DNA of 64,000 nt from Chiloscyllium plagiosum. Its lineage: Eukaryota. Position 1 is the stretch's first letter. Each line of letters begins with the position of its first letter. The position numbers and the translations under genes were made by a program. This document shows, piece by piece, positions 38,050 to 51,384 of the stretch. The stretch is from positions 37,809,592 to 37,873,591 of the forward strand of contig NC_057718.1 of the NCBI RefSeq assembly GCF_004010195.1. The letters are read 5' to 3'. The notes below the pieces were generated by a model. That model saw only the letters and a list, made by a program, of their open reading frames with translations, made no database searches and was not told the origin of the DNA.

Positions 38050-40922
38050 GTTGAGGATAGTGATGTGAGGGATAGGTTTTTTCAATTCGCGAGAGGGCAC
38101 CAGCAATCAGGATGTTGGTTTGAAATGTGTGTACTTCAATGCCAGGAGCATCCAGAATAAGGTCGGTGAACATGAAGCATGGGTTGGAACCTGGGATTTT
38201 CATGTTGTGGCCATTTCAGAGACATGGCTAGAGGAGGGATAGGAATGGTTGTTGCAGATTCCAGGATTTAAATGTTTCAGTAAGAACAGAGGAGATGGTA
38301 AAAGGGGCGGGGATGTGGCATTGTTAATCAAGGGTAGTATTACAGCAGCTGAGATAATGTTTCACGACTCACCTACTGAGGTCGTTTGGACTGAGGGTAG
38401 AAACAGGAAAGGAGAGGTCACCTTGTTGGGAGTTTTCTACAGGCCTCCAGGGATGTAGAGGAAAGGATAGCAAAGGTGATTCTCGATAGGAGCTAGAGTA
38501 ACAGGGTAGTTGTTCTGGGGGACTTTAATTTCCCCAATATTCACTGGGAATACTATAGTTCAAGTAGTTTCGATGGGTCAGTTTTTGTTCAATGTATGCA
38601 GGAGGGTTTCTGACACAATATGTAGATAGCCAACAAGGGGCAATGCCATATTGGATTTGGTACCGGGGAATGAACCTGGCCAGGTGTTGGATTTGGAGGT
38701 AGGTGAACACTCTGGCGATAGTGACCATAATTCGGTTTTGTTTACAATAGTATTGAGCAAGGATAGGTATATATCGCAGGGAAAGAGATATAACTGGGGG
38801 AAAGGGAATTATGATGCAATTAGGCAAGATTTAGGATGCATAGGCTGGGGAAGGAAACTGCAGGGGATGGACACACTTGAAATGTGGAGCTTATTCAAGG
38901 AACAGTTACTGAGGGTCCTTGATAAGTATACACCTATCAGGCAAGGAAGTAGTTGTCGAGAGAGAGAACCGTGGTTTACTAAAGAAGTTGAAGCTGTTGT
39001 CAAGAGGAAGAGGAAGGTTTATGTGAGGATGAGGCATGAACGATCAGTTAGGCTTGAGAGTTATAAGTTAGCCAGAAAAGATCTAAAAAGAGCCAGAAGG
39101 GGACATGAGAAGTTGTTGGTGGATAGGATCAAGGAAAACCCTAAGGCCTTCTATACGTATATCAGAAATAAAAGAATGACCAGAGTAAGATTAAGGCCAA
39201 TCAAAGATAGTAGTGGGAAGTTGTGTGTGGAATCTGATGACATAGAAGAAGAGCTTAATGATACTTTTCGTCAGTATTCATATTGGAAAAGGGCAATGTT
39301 AGTGAGAATACGGAGATACAGACTACAAGACTAGACAGGATTGAGGTTGACAAAGATGAGATTTTAGCAATTTTGGAAGATCTGAAAATAGTCAAGATCC
39401 TTGGGCTGAATGGGATTTATCCTCGGATTCTCTGGGAAGCCAGTGAGGAGATTGCGGAGCCTTTGGCTTTGATCTTTATGTCATCGCCGTTGACAGGAAT
39501 AGTGCCAGAAGACTGGAAGACAGCAAATGCTGTTCCCTTGTTTCAGAAGGGGAATTGTGACAATCCTACTAATTATAGGCCAGTGAGCCTTACTTCAGTT
39601 GTAGGTAAGGTGTTGGAAAAGTTTAGAAGAGATAGGATTTATAATCATCTGGAAAGGAATAATCTGATTAGGGATAGTCAACACAGTTTTGTGAAGGGTA
39701 GGTCGTGCCTCGCTAACCTTATTGAGTTCTTCGAGAAGGTAACAAAATAGGTGGATGAAGGTAAGGTGGTTGATGTGGTGTATATGGACTTCAGTAAGGC
39801 ATTTGATAAGGTTCTACACGGGAGGCTATTGCACAAAATAAGGTGTTTCAGGATTGAAAATGATTTAGCGTTTTGGATCAAAATTGGCTAGCTGAACTAA
39901 GACAGAGGGTGATGACTGATGGGAAATGTTCATCCTGGAGCTCAGTTACCAATGGTGTGCCGCAAGGACCTGTTTTGGGGCCACTGCTGTTTGTCATTTT
40001 TATAAATAATCTGGAGGTGGACGTAGAAGGATGGGTTAGTAAATTTGCAGATGACACTGAGGTAGGCAGAGTTGTGGATAGTGCCGAAGGATGTTGTGGG
40101 TTACACAAGGACATAGATAAGATGCAGAGCTGGGCTGAGAAGTGGCAAATGGAGTTTAATGCGGAAAGGTGGGAGGTAGTTCACTTCAGAAGAAGTAACA
40201 GGAATGCAGAGCACTGGGCTAATGGTAAAATTCTTGACAGTGTAGATGAACAGCGAGATCTCAGTGTCCAGATGCATAAATCCCTGAAAGTTGACACCCA
40301 GGTTGATAGGGTTGTTAAGAAGGCATATGGTGTGTTGGTGTTTATTGATAGGGGGATTGAGTTTCAGAGCCACAAGGTCATGCTTCAGTTATACAAGACA
40401 CTGATAAGGCTGCACTTCTGGTCACCGCATTATAGGAAGGATATGGAAGCTTTGGAAAGGGTTCAAAGGAGATTTACTAGGATGTTGCCTGGAATGTAAG
40501 GAAGGTCTTAAGTGGAAAGGTTGAGGGAACTGAGGCTGTTTTCGTTGGAGAGAAGAAGGTTGAGAGATGACTTAATTGAAAAGTATAAGGTATTCAGAGG
40601 ATTAAATAGGGTGGACAGTGAGAGCCTCTTTCCTCAGATGGTGAAGGCTAACACGAGGAGACATAGTTTTAAATTGAGGGGTGATAGATTTAAGACAGGT
40701 ATCAGGGGTAGTTTCTTCAATCGGAGAGTAGTAGGGGCATGGAATGACCTGCTTGCAACAATAGCAGCCTCGCCAACATTAAAGGCATTTAAATAGGCAT
40801 TGGACATATATATGGATAATAATGGAATGGTGTAGATTAGATGGGCATCTGGTTAATTTCGAAGGTTGGCACAACATAGAAGGCTGAGGTTCTGCACTTC
40901 GCTGTAACGTTCTATGTTCTAC
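38050..40922 (+). mobile_element. Near-complete CR1 ORF2 (APE endonuclease + RT), inactivated; nested in an older CR1 (37765-38046 and 40923-41570)
   Basis: YFNARSI.NK, VAISETWL, GVFYRPP, GDFNFP, SDHN, NYRPVSLTS, GVPQG.VLGP and FADD motifs in order with several stops and frameshifts; tail TTCTATGTTCTA. Confidence 0.95.
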
Positions 40923-41727
40923 AGGAGGCATATGACATGCTTGTCTTCATCAATTGGAGCATGGAATATAAAATTGACAAATCATGTTGTAGTTGTACAG
41001 AACTTTAGTAAGACCACATTTAGAATTTTGCAAACAGTTCCTGGTTGCTACATTAGCGGAAGTGTAAGCTTTGGAGGGGGCTTTGGAGAAAAGGTTTACT
41101 AGGATGTTGCCTAATTAACACGGTTAGGTTAGACATGGTTAAGCAAAGTTAACATGGTTTGGAGGGTAATAGCTTCAAGGAGAGATTGGACAAACTTGGT
41201 TTGTTTTCATTTGAACATGGGAGGCTGAGAGGTGATCTGACAGAAGTTTACAAATTTATGAGAGGCAAAGATAGAATAGACAGTAGGAAGTCATTTTCCC
41301 AAAATACAAATGTCAATTTCTAGGGACGCTGGTTTAAGATAAAAGGGGGAAAGTACAAAGTAGATGTGAGAGGCAAGTTTTTTTTTAACACAGAGAGTGT
41401 AAGTGCCTGAAATGCACTTCCAGAGGAGGTGATAGAGGTACTTAGACAGATACATGAATAGGCAGGGAATAGAGGGATACACACCACAAAGAGAATAAAG
41501 ACTTTTAAATTATAAAGGCATTATGTATTGGTGCAGGATTGGTGGACCGAAGGGCCTGCATTATTCTTTGTTTTTCCAGTCAACTTTACTCACACACCTA
41601 TTGTGAAGCACGTAATCAAACAGCTTTCAAAGTTCACATACACATTATTCACACTGCCCACATTAACTCTCCCTGCTATCTCAAAGAATTCAATCAAGGT
41701 AATCAAACCTAATTTGTCTTTAACAAA

Positions 41728-41888
41728 AACAGAAATTGCTTGAAAATCACAGCAAGTCTGGCAGCATCTATGGAGAAAAACCAGAGAGAAATCTGATTCT
41801 CTCCACATGCTGCCAGACCTGCTGAGATTTTCCAGCAATTTCTAGTTTGTTTCAGATTTTCAGCACGAGCAGTTCTTTCGGTTTTGTG
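41728..41888. mobile_element. Old Penelope-derived fold-back remnant
   Basis: Inverted arms AGAAATTGCT.GAAAATC.CAGCA.GTCTGGCAGCAT / ATGCTGCCAGACCTGCTGAGATTTTCCAGCAATTTCT plus tail; flanked by TTAACAAA repeats. Confidence 0.7.
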
Positions 41889-42819
41889 TTAACAAATCCA
41901 CATTGGCTTTTGTTAACTAATTCATACTTGTCCTAATGACTGGTAACTTTGTCCTAATTATCATTTCAAAAAGCTTCATTGCCACTGAGGTTAAACTCAC
42001 TGCTCTGTAATTGCTCTGTTAAATTGGACACCCTTTTTTGATCAAGGCTGCAACATTACCATTTCTCTCGTCCACTGACAGCAATCCCACATATAAAAAG
42101 GATTGGAAAATACCTTCCTAATTTTCACCCTTACTTCCATCAGCAAACCAAGATGTAACCTATGTACTTTAGATATAGTCAGTATCTCCTCTTTATCATT
42201 TTTTTTGCTCATCCAGTGTGATTTCTAAAAGGGTATGAATCAGAAAATGTTTTTCATTGTTGTTCTTTTTTTGTCAACCACTTGCCCTTAAAAGAAGAAT
42301 AGGCTATATTACCTATTTTATAGGGACTCTTCAATCAAAGCATTCTTGACATACAGTATAAGTCAGCCACAAGTGAATAATTGTGTGCCACTGCCCCATG
42401 TCAGTTTGCTTGAGCTATTTTCCTGCCAGATTTAAAAAAAGGGAATGGCTACCTCTTCGCAAGTGGCTGGAAGTTCGAGATAATGAAAAGGCCAATTAAG
42501 GCAAATGATCAGCGGTTGGGTGGAATTTCAGTCACAGGTCACCCTACCCCTCCAATTGGAAGTAAGCTGCTGTGGTCATTTTTCATTAAAAAGCTTTTAC
42601 AAGTGCTGAACAGATGTCTTGCAATATCAGGCATTTGACGTTTACTTGTTTTGATAATACTACTAAAACACCACACCAAAAATAAAGAAAACAATTACTG
42701 GAAATAACTTGTATTTATCTACACCTTTTCATGGCCTAAAGGGGTCTTGAAGCCTTCCCAGTAATGTGCAGCATTACAGACAATGTATTACAGACAAAGG
42801 AGGCTGGTAATTTTTTCGA

Positions 42820-43152
42820 TTAGATTAGGGTTTTTTTCGATTAAATTCCCTACAGTGTGGAAACAGGCCCTTCGGCCCAACCAGTCCACACCGACCCTCC
42901 AAAGAGTAACCCACCCAGATCCATTTCCCGCTGTCTAATGCACCTAACACTATGGGCAATTTAGCATGGCTAATTCACCTGACTTGCACATCTTTGGACT
43001 ATGGGAGGAAACCAGAGGACCCGGAGGAAACCCACACAGACACAGGGACAATGTGCAAACTCCACACACGACAGTCGCCCAAGGCTGGAATCGAACCTGG
43101 GACCCTGGTGCTGTGAGGCAACAGTGCTAACCACTGAGCCACCGTGCCGTCC
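42820..43152 (-). mobile_element. HE1/V-SINE-type SINE
   Basis: Full-length reverse complement of the family. Confidence 0.92.
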
Positions 43153-44602
43153 TGATTTCCTTCCAGTTAGAATATGAATGAATGAATGAATGATTTAATA
43201 TACTGTTTTGGGTGTGTTTGTTAAGTGTGGAATGATGAAAAGAGAATGTTGGCCAGGGCCTGGGAGGAAAAATCCATCCTCTTCAAGTATTTCTACAGAA
43301 TCTTTAACATGTATCAAAATAGTAAGATGAACTCTCAGTTTAACATCTTATCTAATAATATCGTACTCCTCCAATCTTGCACTGGAATGTCAGCCTAGGT
43401 TATGTGAACCAAATAACAAATAATAAGAATGATATGTTGTGGATGCAACCAGGTGTCAGGTTATTTTGGATCTGGTCATGTTTAATGAGGCAGCTTTAAT
43501 AAATATTAACAGAGTAAAAGAATCCCTTGGAAAGAGCAATCATAACACGGTAGAATTTAATATTCAGTTTGAGAGGGAGGAACTTGGGTTAGAAACAACT
43601 GTGCTAAGTTTAAAAGTAAGTTACAAGGAATGGGGGCAGAGCTGGTTGTAATGGACTGGGAAAGAGGCAACAAAAACATTTGAGTATCAATAGCAGATTT
43701 TTAAGAAGAGTTCATGGCTCACACCAAATACAAATTCCAATGAGGAACGATTCTAAGAAGAGGGTAAACAAACCATGGTTAATCAGGGAAAAATTAGATT
43801 GAAAAAAAAATGACATAGATTACTGTTAAATTAGAGGATTGGGAGAGTTTTAAAAATCAACAAAAGACAACCAAAAAATAAAGGAGCAAATAAAATGATA
43901 GAGTAAACTTACGAGTAATTTCAAGATGGACGGCAAGAGGCTACTTTAAATATATAAAATGGGATAGAGAATCCAAAGTGAACACAGGCCTCTTAGAGAA
44001 TGAGGCAGGGGAAACAAAAATGGGGAAGTAGAAAATGGCAGAAAAGTTGAATAAATACTTAGCATCAGTTTTCAGTAAGGAGATCAAGAGTTACTGGGTG
44101 AAGGCAGGAGAATGGGCTTAAGAACCATATCAACCATGATCAAATGGCAGACCAGATTCAATGGGTCAAATGACCTAATTCTGCTGCTACGTCTTTTGGT
44201 CTTATGGTCTTATCAGTACAATACACTAATAGCTCACTAAAAATGAAAGGGGCAAAAGGATTGAAAATAATTATCACTAGAGAAAAAGTACTAGGGAAAC
44301 TAGTGGGGCTAAAAATCAATAGGACTCCTGGGCCTGAGGGGATGCATCCTTGGTTTTTCTTGGAATTAGCTACAGAGATAATGGATATCTGATAGTACTT
44401 TTCCAGGAATCCTTAGATTCAGAAAAAAGTTCCAGAGGCTTGGAAAACTGCCAATATACCACCTTTATTTAAAATGGGAAGGACACAAAAATAGGCAACA
44501 AAAGGCCGATTTACAATGTCTGTTATAGGGAAATGTTAATAAAACAGCATTTAGAGCACATACTTTTATCAAGCAGTGTCATCATGGTTCCATGAAGGGG
44601 AA

Positions 44603-44831
44603 GTTGAAACTTTATTGCTGGAACAGCACAGCAGGTCAGGCAGCATCCAGGGAACAGGAGATTCGACGTTTCGGGCACAGGCCCTTCTTCAGGAATGAGC
44701 TCATTCCTGAAGAAGGGCCTGTGCCCGAAACGTCGAATCTCCTGTTCCCTGGATGCTGCCTGACCTGCTGTGCTGTTCCAGCAATAAAGTTTCAACTTTG
44801 ATCTCCAGCATCTGCAGACCTCACTTTCTCC
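44603..44831 (+). mobile_element. Penelope terminal-repeat fold-back insertion; perfect 198-bp palindrome + 35-nt tail, 14-bp TSD
   Basis: 44601-44798 is its own reverse complement (centre ATGAG|CTCAT); TSD TCCATGAAGGGGAA at 44589-44602 and 44832-44845. Confidence 0.95.
44703..44738 (+). ncRNA. Minimal type I hammerhead ribozyme motif (mirror copy on - strand at 44661-44696)
   Basis: AUUC-CUGAAGA-A-GGGC(CUGU)GCCC-GAAA-CG-UC^GAAU: core boxes, 4-bp stem II, stem I AUUC/GAAU, palindromic ACGU vestigial stem III. Confidence 0.78.
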
Positions 44832-46053
44832 TCCATGAAGGGGAAATCATGCCAGACACATTTGCGTGATTTCTTTGAGGAGGTAACAAGCAAGACAGAT
44901 AAAGGGAAAAAAGTAGCTGTAATGTATTTGGTACCATACATTAGGCTGCTTAATAACATAAGAACCAGTGTTGTTGGATGTAATGTTTTAGCATGGATAG
45001 AGGATTGGCTACTTAATATTAGACAGAAAGTTAAGCTGGAGGAGCATTTTCAAGCTGGCAAACTGGAAGTACTGGTATGCCACATGGATCAGATGTGGAG
45101 CCACAATTAATTACATTATATTAATGCCTTCTGTCAGAAAAATGAATGTACAATTACTGTAGATATAATGTGGGGAAATGTGAGGTTTTGCATTTTGGCA
45201 GAAAGAACAGAGGGGTTGAACATTATTCATATTAAGATAGAGTACAGAAAGCTATAGAACAGAGGTAATTCATGAATCACATAAGGTTAGCATCCAAGTT
45301 CAGGTGATAATAGGGAAGGCAGATGGAATGTTGGTCCTTATTTCAAGAAATAGAATATTAAAATAGGGAAGTTTTTCGAAAACTGTACAATGTCCTTATC
45401 AGACCATAGCTGGAATAATGTAAACAGTTTTGGGGCCCTAATCTAAGGAAAGGTATACAGGCATTGGAAACAAAGAAAGTTCACTAAGCTGAAACCAGAT
45501 ATGGAGGGATTGGCTTATGAAAAGAGATTGAGTAAATTGGACCTGTACTCATTAGAATATGGAACAATGACTGGCAACCTGATTGAAACATAAAGAATTG
45601 TTAAAGTACTCGACAGGATGGATGCAAAAAGGTCGTTTAACCTTGTGAGAAAGTATAGGACCAGAGGCCATAATATCACAATAATGGGTCACACATTTTC
45701 GACAGAAATGACAAGGACTTTAGTCTCTCCGAACAATCTGTATAATCCCTTACCATAGAAGACTGCTGAGGTTGGGTATTAAGTATATTTAAGGTTGGGA
45801 TAGACAGACCTTTAATCAGTAAGGGAAGTAAAGGTTATTGGGAATATGAAAGAAAGTGGAGTTGAGGATTATCAGATCAGCCATGATCTCAGTGAATAAC
45901 AGAGCAGACTTGTTGAGCTGAATGGCTTACTTCTGTTCATATGTCTTAAGGTAAAAACGTAGAGTAGGACTTCAAATCCCACAACCTTCTGGACCAAGCT
46001 GACACAATATTCAAATTACTTAATATATATAATTTTACAAAGAGAATACATAC

Positions 46054-46094
46054 CCAATAACATCTCGCAGATCACGGTCATCATCATCATCCAT
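46054..46094 (-). CDS. BICRAL: BICRAL coding exon 1 (MDDDDDRDLRDVIG); full exon 46054-46099 with 5 nt of UTR (TTGTC)
   Basis: Minus strand reads ttttccag|TTGTC ATG GAT GAT GAT GAT GAC CGT GAT CTG CGA GAT GTT ATT GG|gtatgt. This matches the acidic MDDDDD..L.D.IG N-terminus of vertebrate BICRAL; 41 coding nt, phase 2. Confidence 0.93.
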
Positions 46095-47024
46095 GACAAC
46101 TGGAAAAGATGCAAGATTTGAATAGTATATTTTACATTTTACTTTTAGCAAATTATAATTCATAATCCTGCACTACAATAGATAAGCAAATTAAAATATA
46201 GGTGAACATAAATCAGGATATCAGGGGCCCACATAAACAGTATCACACAGATTCAAAGAAAGCTGTTATGTCCAGCTATTCAGTTCAAAGCTTCTACTAT
46301 CAGACAAGTTGACTCAAAGGGTTATGAACCTTTGGAATTCTCAGCCCTAAAGAGCTGTGGATACCTATTGTTGAGCATATTCAAGGCTTGATAAGATAGA
46401 TTTTTGATCACGCAGTAAATCAACAGAAATAGGAATGGGGGGAATGGTGGAGTTGAAGCAGAAGATCAGCCATGATCGCATTGAAGGGCAGAGCAGGATC
46501 GAACAGCCAAACGGTTTACTCATGTTTCAATTTATTATACACTTAAATTATATTAATAAAACAATTATTAGATAGTTTGAACTTATTTTGTTAAACAGGC
46601 ATTCTACTTCTAATTCATCATAAGAAATCATTATAAGGCCAGTAGCCTTTTCCTCAGTTTTCACAATATTTCCAGTCTACAATTGAAAATTACTATATTT
46701 ATGCATAATATAGTAATTTATACTTTTCATCACAATAAGTAACAGAAAATTATAGCATAATTTTGTCGCAACTATAAGAAAATCATTTCTCTTTACAGAA
46801 AGAATTTTAGATAACAGAATAAAAAGTTAGTACAACCATATAACATTGGCTTAGTGACCAACCATACGTAATAAATGAATCTGCTAACATTGCCTTGGTT
46901 ACAGGTGAATACAGGCTTAATCAGGCCACAATCCAACTTAATCTCTTACAAACCATTAGCAAATAGTGAGATTTAAGTAAAATTACTTGTTCCCAAAAGC
47001 ATTCCAAACGGTAAAAGACATTAG

Positions 47025-47243
47025 TCAAAAAGTGTGGCGCTAGAAAAGCACAGCAGGTCAGGCAGCATCCGAGGAGCAGGACAGCCGACGTTTCGGGCAT
47101 AAGCCCTTCACCACAGCTGATGAAGGGCTTATGCTTAAAACATCAACTCTCCTGCTGCTCGGATGCTGCCTAACCTACTGTGCTTTTCCAGCGCCACATT
47201 TTTTGACTCTGATCTCCATCATCTGCAATCCTCACTTTCACTT
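47025..47243 (+). mobile_element. Older Penelope terminal-repeat fold-back insertion, 13-bp TSD
   Basis: Diverged inverted arms around ~47114, 36-nt tail; TSD TAAAAGACATTAG at 47012-47024 and 47244-47256. Confidence 0.9.
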
Positions 47244-48714
47244 TAAAAGACATTAGGTTGATTTTTTTTGAACCTGCAACATCAGGAATGGAAGCAGATA
47301 AAGCCCAGGTATTATGTGACCAATGTCCGTGCCAGTCCTGTTCCAAACAGTCATTCTCATTGACATGGTTTGAAAAACCTACCAATCCCATGCGTAGAAC
47401 AGGTAATTAGTCTCATCAATGGGCTTGTTAAAGATAGGTTGACTGGGATTTTTCCATTATCTCCAGTTTCGCACTCAACACCAGACTGAAATGCCAGCAA
47501 TTCTGGCAGTTCTCAAAACCCTCCTTACCTACCTGGGAAAGGGGCTTCACCATCCCAGGCTTCTGATTTTTGGATATTTCTAATCTTATTTGGCCAAATC
47601 ATTAAAAGATTATAAATTACAAGTTTGAGATGGAATTGTGGTTCATCTTTGCTAGTTCCAGCTCCAAAGTTGATCTGGGTTTATTTCAACTTTCATTTGT
47701 TGTTCATTTTTAAATAGCTATCTTATTTGATTATTTATATTGAAAAAAAATACATTACATTCTTATTTCTCCCAATAATGTCACTTTTGCTTTTTATTTT
47801 ATCGTCAAAGATTTAAGCAACTGATTCCTTACTCCAGCCAGGCTATCACTGACTATGATGTCAGGGTCTGCATCAGAGCATATGTAGTTATGCAGAGTAA
47901 AAGAGAACCAGATTCTGATTGGAGGAACTGTAATGAACAATGGCTGATTTTTCAGGAAAAGAAACCTTAAGTTTAGGCTAAGTACACTCCAGCAAGTGAA
48001 AAAGATAAAGAGATCAAAATGAGGTTTCCTTGGATAATGAAGGTGCCAGAGCTAATAATAAAATAAAATGGTATATGTTGTATATCACATGAATTCTTCA
48101 AATGAAAACCAGGTCCAATAAAGTAGATTGGGAGGTAAGGTGAAGAGAAAATATGACTTGCAAAGAGGTAGTGTAAAAATAAAGCGGCAGTCAACATAAA
48201 GGCAACCAAAACTCTTCTACCAACTTGTAAACACTAAACAGGAAATAAGAAGTAGAGTGGACATTGTCTGGACACCAGAAAATACAGAGAATTATGTTTT
48301 CACAACTACTTCTCAGTAGCAGATCAGAAAAAAAATGGATTTGTAAGCAGCAACTGGACGACTTGCTTTCTCTTCGTGGTTATTTCTCATAATCTCAGAA
48401 GACAGTGCTTGGTGAAAAAGCAAATTGGGGAAACAACCATTCACTGAGAACTCAAAATCTATCTCCAAAATTTGCCACTACTGAGATTTACCAGTCAACA
48501 ATTTAATAACTCTGGTCTCAGATTTTAAAAAAAATCAACAGTGCAATCTTAATTTTCCCTGTCTGTACCAGATACTCCCTTTTAAACTTAGAACTTGTAT
48601 ACTTGATGCATTTTTATTGTTTCCTCAAGTTGTTGGGTAATAAAATTCTTTCAGTCATTCATGAAAACCTTGAAACTGCCTCTCTCATTTTGCTCCAGTT
48701 AACTACACCTTTAA

Positions 48715-50262
48715 CTAGACAAAGGAGGAGGAGGTGTTAGTAATTCTGGGAAGTGTGAAAATAGATACGTCCGCTGGGCCAGATGGGATTTATCCTAGGA
48801 TTCTCTGGGAAGCCATGGAGGAGATTGCTGAGTCTTTTGCTTTGATCGTTATGTCATCATTGTCTACATGAATAGTGCCAGAAGACTGGAGGATAGCAAA
48901 TGTTGTCCCCTTGTTCAAGAAGGGGAGTAGACACAACCTTGGTAATTATAGACCAGTGAGCCTTGCTTCGATTGTGGGTAAAGTGTTGGAAAAGGTAATA
49001 AGAGATAGGACTATAATCATTAGAGAGAATAAGTTGATTAGGGATAGTCAACACAGTTTTGTGAAGGGTAGGTCATACGTCACAAACCTTCTTGAGTTCT
49101 TTGAGGATAAAGCAGTTGATGTGGTGTACATGGATATCAGTAAGGCGTTTGATAAGGTTCCCCATGGTAGGCTATTGCACAAAATACGGAGGCACAGGAT
49201 TGAGGGTGATTTAGTGATTTGGATCAGAAATTGGCTCACTGAAAGAAGACAGAGGGTGGTAGTTAATGGAAAACATTCATCCTGGAGTTCAGTTACTAGT
49301 GGTGTATCGCAAGGATCCACTTTGTGTACACTGTTATTTCTCATTTTTATAAATGACCTAGGTGAGGGCGTAGAAGGATTGGTTAGTAAATTTGCAGATG
49401 ACACTAAGGCCAGTGGAGTTATGGACAGTGCTGAAGGATGTTGCAGGGTACAGAGGGATATAGATAAGCTGCAGAGTTGAGCTGAGAGGTGGCAAATGGA
49501 GTTTGGAAAAGTGTGAGGTGATTCACTTTAGAAGGAGCAACAGGAATAAAGAGTACTGGGCTAATGGTAAGATTCTTGGTAGTGTAGATGAGCAGAGAGA
49601 TCTTGATATCCATGCACAAAGATCCCTGAAAGTTGTCACCCAGGTTTATAGGATTCTTAAGAAGTCATACAGTGTATTAGCTTTTACTGGTAGAGGAATT
49701 GAGTTTCGTAGCCACGATGCTATGCTGCAGCTGTATAAAGCTCTGGTTCGGCCATACTTGGGAGTATTGTGTACATTTCTGGTCATCACATTATAGGATG
49801 GATGTGGAAGCTTTGGAAAGGGCTCAGAGGAGATTTACTAGGATGTTGCCTGAAGTGGAGGGAAGTTCTTATGAGGAAAGGTTGAGGGATTTGAGGCTGT
49901 TTTCATTAGAGAGAAGAAGGTTGAGACGTGGCTTGAGACATACAAGATAATCAGACGATTAGATAGGGTGGACAGTGAGAGGCTTTTTCCTCAGATGGCT
50001 AGCACAAGGGGACATAGCTTTAAAATGAGGGGTGACAGATGTCAGAGGTAGTTTCTTTACTCAGAGTATTAGAGACGTGGAACGTACTGCCTGCAACAGT
50101 AGTAGACTCGCCAAATTTAATGGCATTTAAATGGTCATTGGATAAACATATGGATGAAAATGGAATAGTGTAGGATAAATGGGCTTCAGATTGGTTCCAC
50201 AGGTCAGCACAACATCAGGGGTTGAAGGGCCTGTACTGTGCTGAATTTTTTTATGTTCTATA
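48715..50262 (+). mobile_element. Young 5'-truncated CR1 LINE (RT domain)
   Basis: ORF 48875..49480 with PEDWRIANVVPLFKKG, KAFDKVPH and FADD; tail TTATGTTCTAT. Confidence 0.94.
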
Positions 50263-51384
50263 AAAGAAATAAAATACCTGTTGAAACAAACCAGAGGGAT
50301 TTACAAAAGAAAGGAGCTAATATCCCCTCCTCACCTGGTCATAACATAATTCTTCTGGAGACCTTGAAAACAAAATTGTATATATCCATTAATGGAAAGA
50401 TATGGCTACATCACCAAGACATAAAATCTTTTGCCCACAGGCCCATAATGAGGAAATTTACCTGAAAATACAGGAATGTTTCTCTAGCTCTCCAAATGGT
50501 TGCATGTAATTAGATAGTCTTAAGGACTTCTAAGCCCATCTGTGGTTGCTCTTGAGAAGATGGTGGTCAAGTACCTTCTTGAACCACTGCAGTCCATTTC
50601 CTTAGATAGACCCACAATGCCTTTAGGGAGAGAGGATTTTCATGTAGCAACACTGAAGAAACCATGATAAATTTCCAAGTCCATCACACATACCTGAATA
50701 TTGCCTTGTGATGGTGGATTGGAGGCTTTGGGGAGTCAGGATGTGAGTTAGTCGTTTTAAAATTTCTAGTATCTGACCCGGTCTGGTAGACAAACTACTT
50801 AGATGGCTAGTCCAATTCAGTTTTCAATCAATGGCAAATCCCAATACATTGATAGTGGAGGATTCAGTGATTGTGATGCCACTGATTGCCAAGGGGTGAT
50901 AGTTCAATTCTCTCTTGTTGGAGATGGTCATTGCCTGGCACATGTGTGGCACGAGTATTAGTCACCACGTGTCAGCCCAAATTAGGATATTGTCCAGGTC
51001 TTACTGCACTGTCAATTATAATGAATGGCACTTAATCTTCACTGAACTCCTGAATTTGCATCTAATTGTCCTATTTCTTCCATTATATAAGTGTATATAA
51101 TATATATTGTATTTGGCCTATGATTATATAATTCTCTATCCAAAGTTACTATTTTCATCACATGCTGTCAGTCCTTCGATTATTTTCTGGATATAATTCC
51201 AGAAATGCTTCTCTCACATCTATATTTAGATGTGTAAGAACATGGCAATTTAAAGGAGAGGAGCAGAAGTATGCCATTTAGCATTCAGGCTAGCAATGCC
51301 ACATGAAAAGATGGTGTCGTCAGATTGTTAGCTCAATTCCACTATCGTACCCATCTCCCAACCCCCAATGACAGTAAAATTATC

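Larger units (their letters stand above)
43400..45950 (+). mobile_element. Old CR1 LINE (decayed ORF2) with nested insertions
   Basis: ILDLV..NE, SNHN, PGPEGMHP and HG.MKGKSC.T.L..FFEEVT motifs; a CR1 tail fragment is inserted at ~44075-44205 and the palindrome at 44603-44831. Confidence 0.88.

Noticed and set aside
38050..40922. Possible active LINE or domesticated RT gene
   Set aside because: Multiple in-frame stops and frameshifts, ORF1 absent; an ordinary dead CR1.
44523..44801. Identical ORFs on both strands (KLYCWNSTAGQAASREQE...), repeated at 57098-57352 and similar at 61175-61447
   Set aside because: A by-product of palindromic non-coding terminal repeats; no sign of a real protein.
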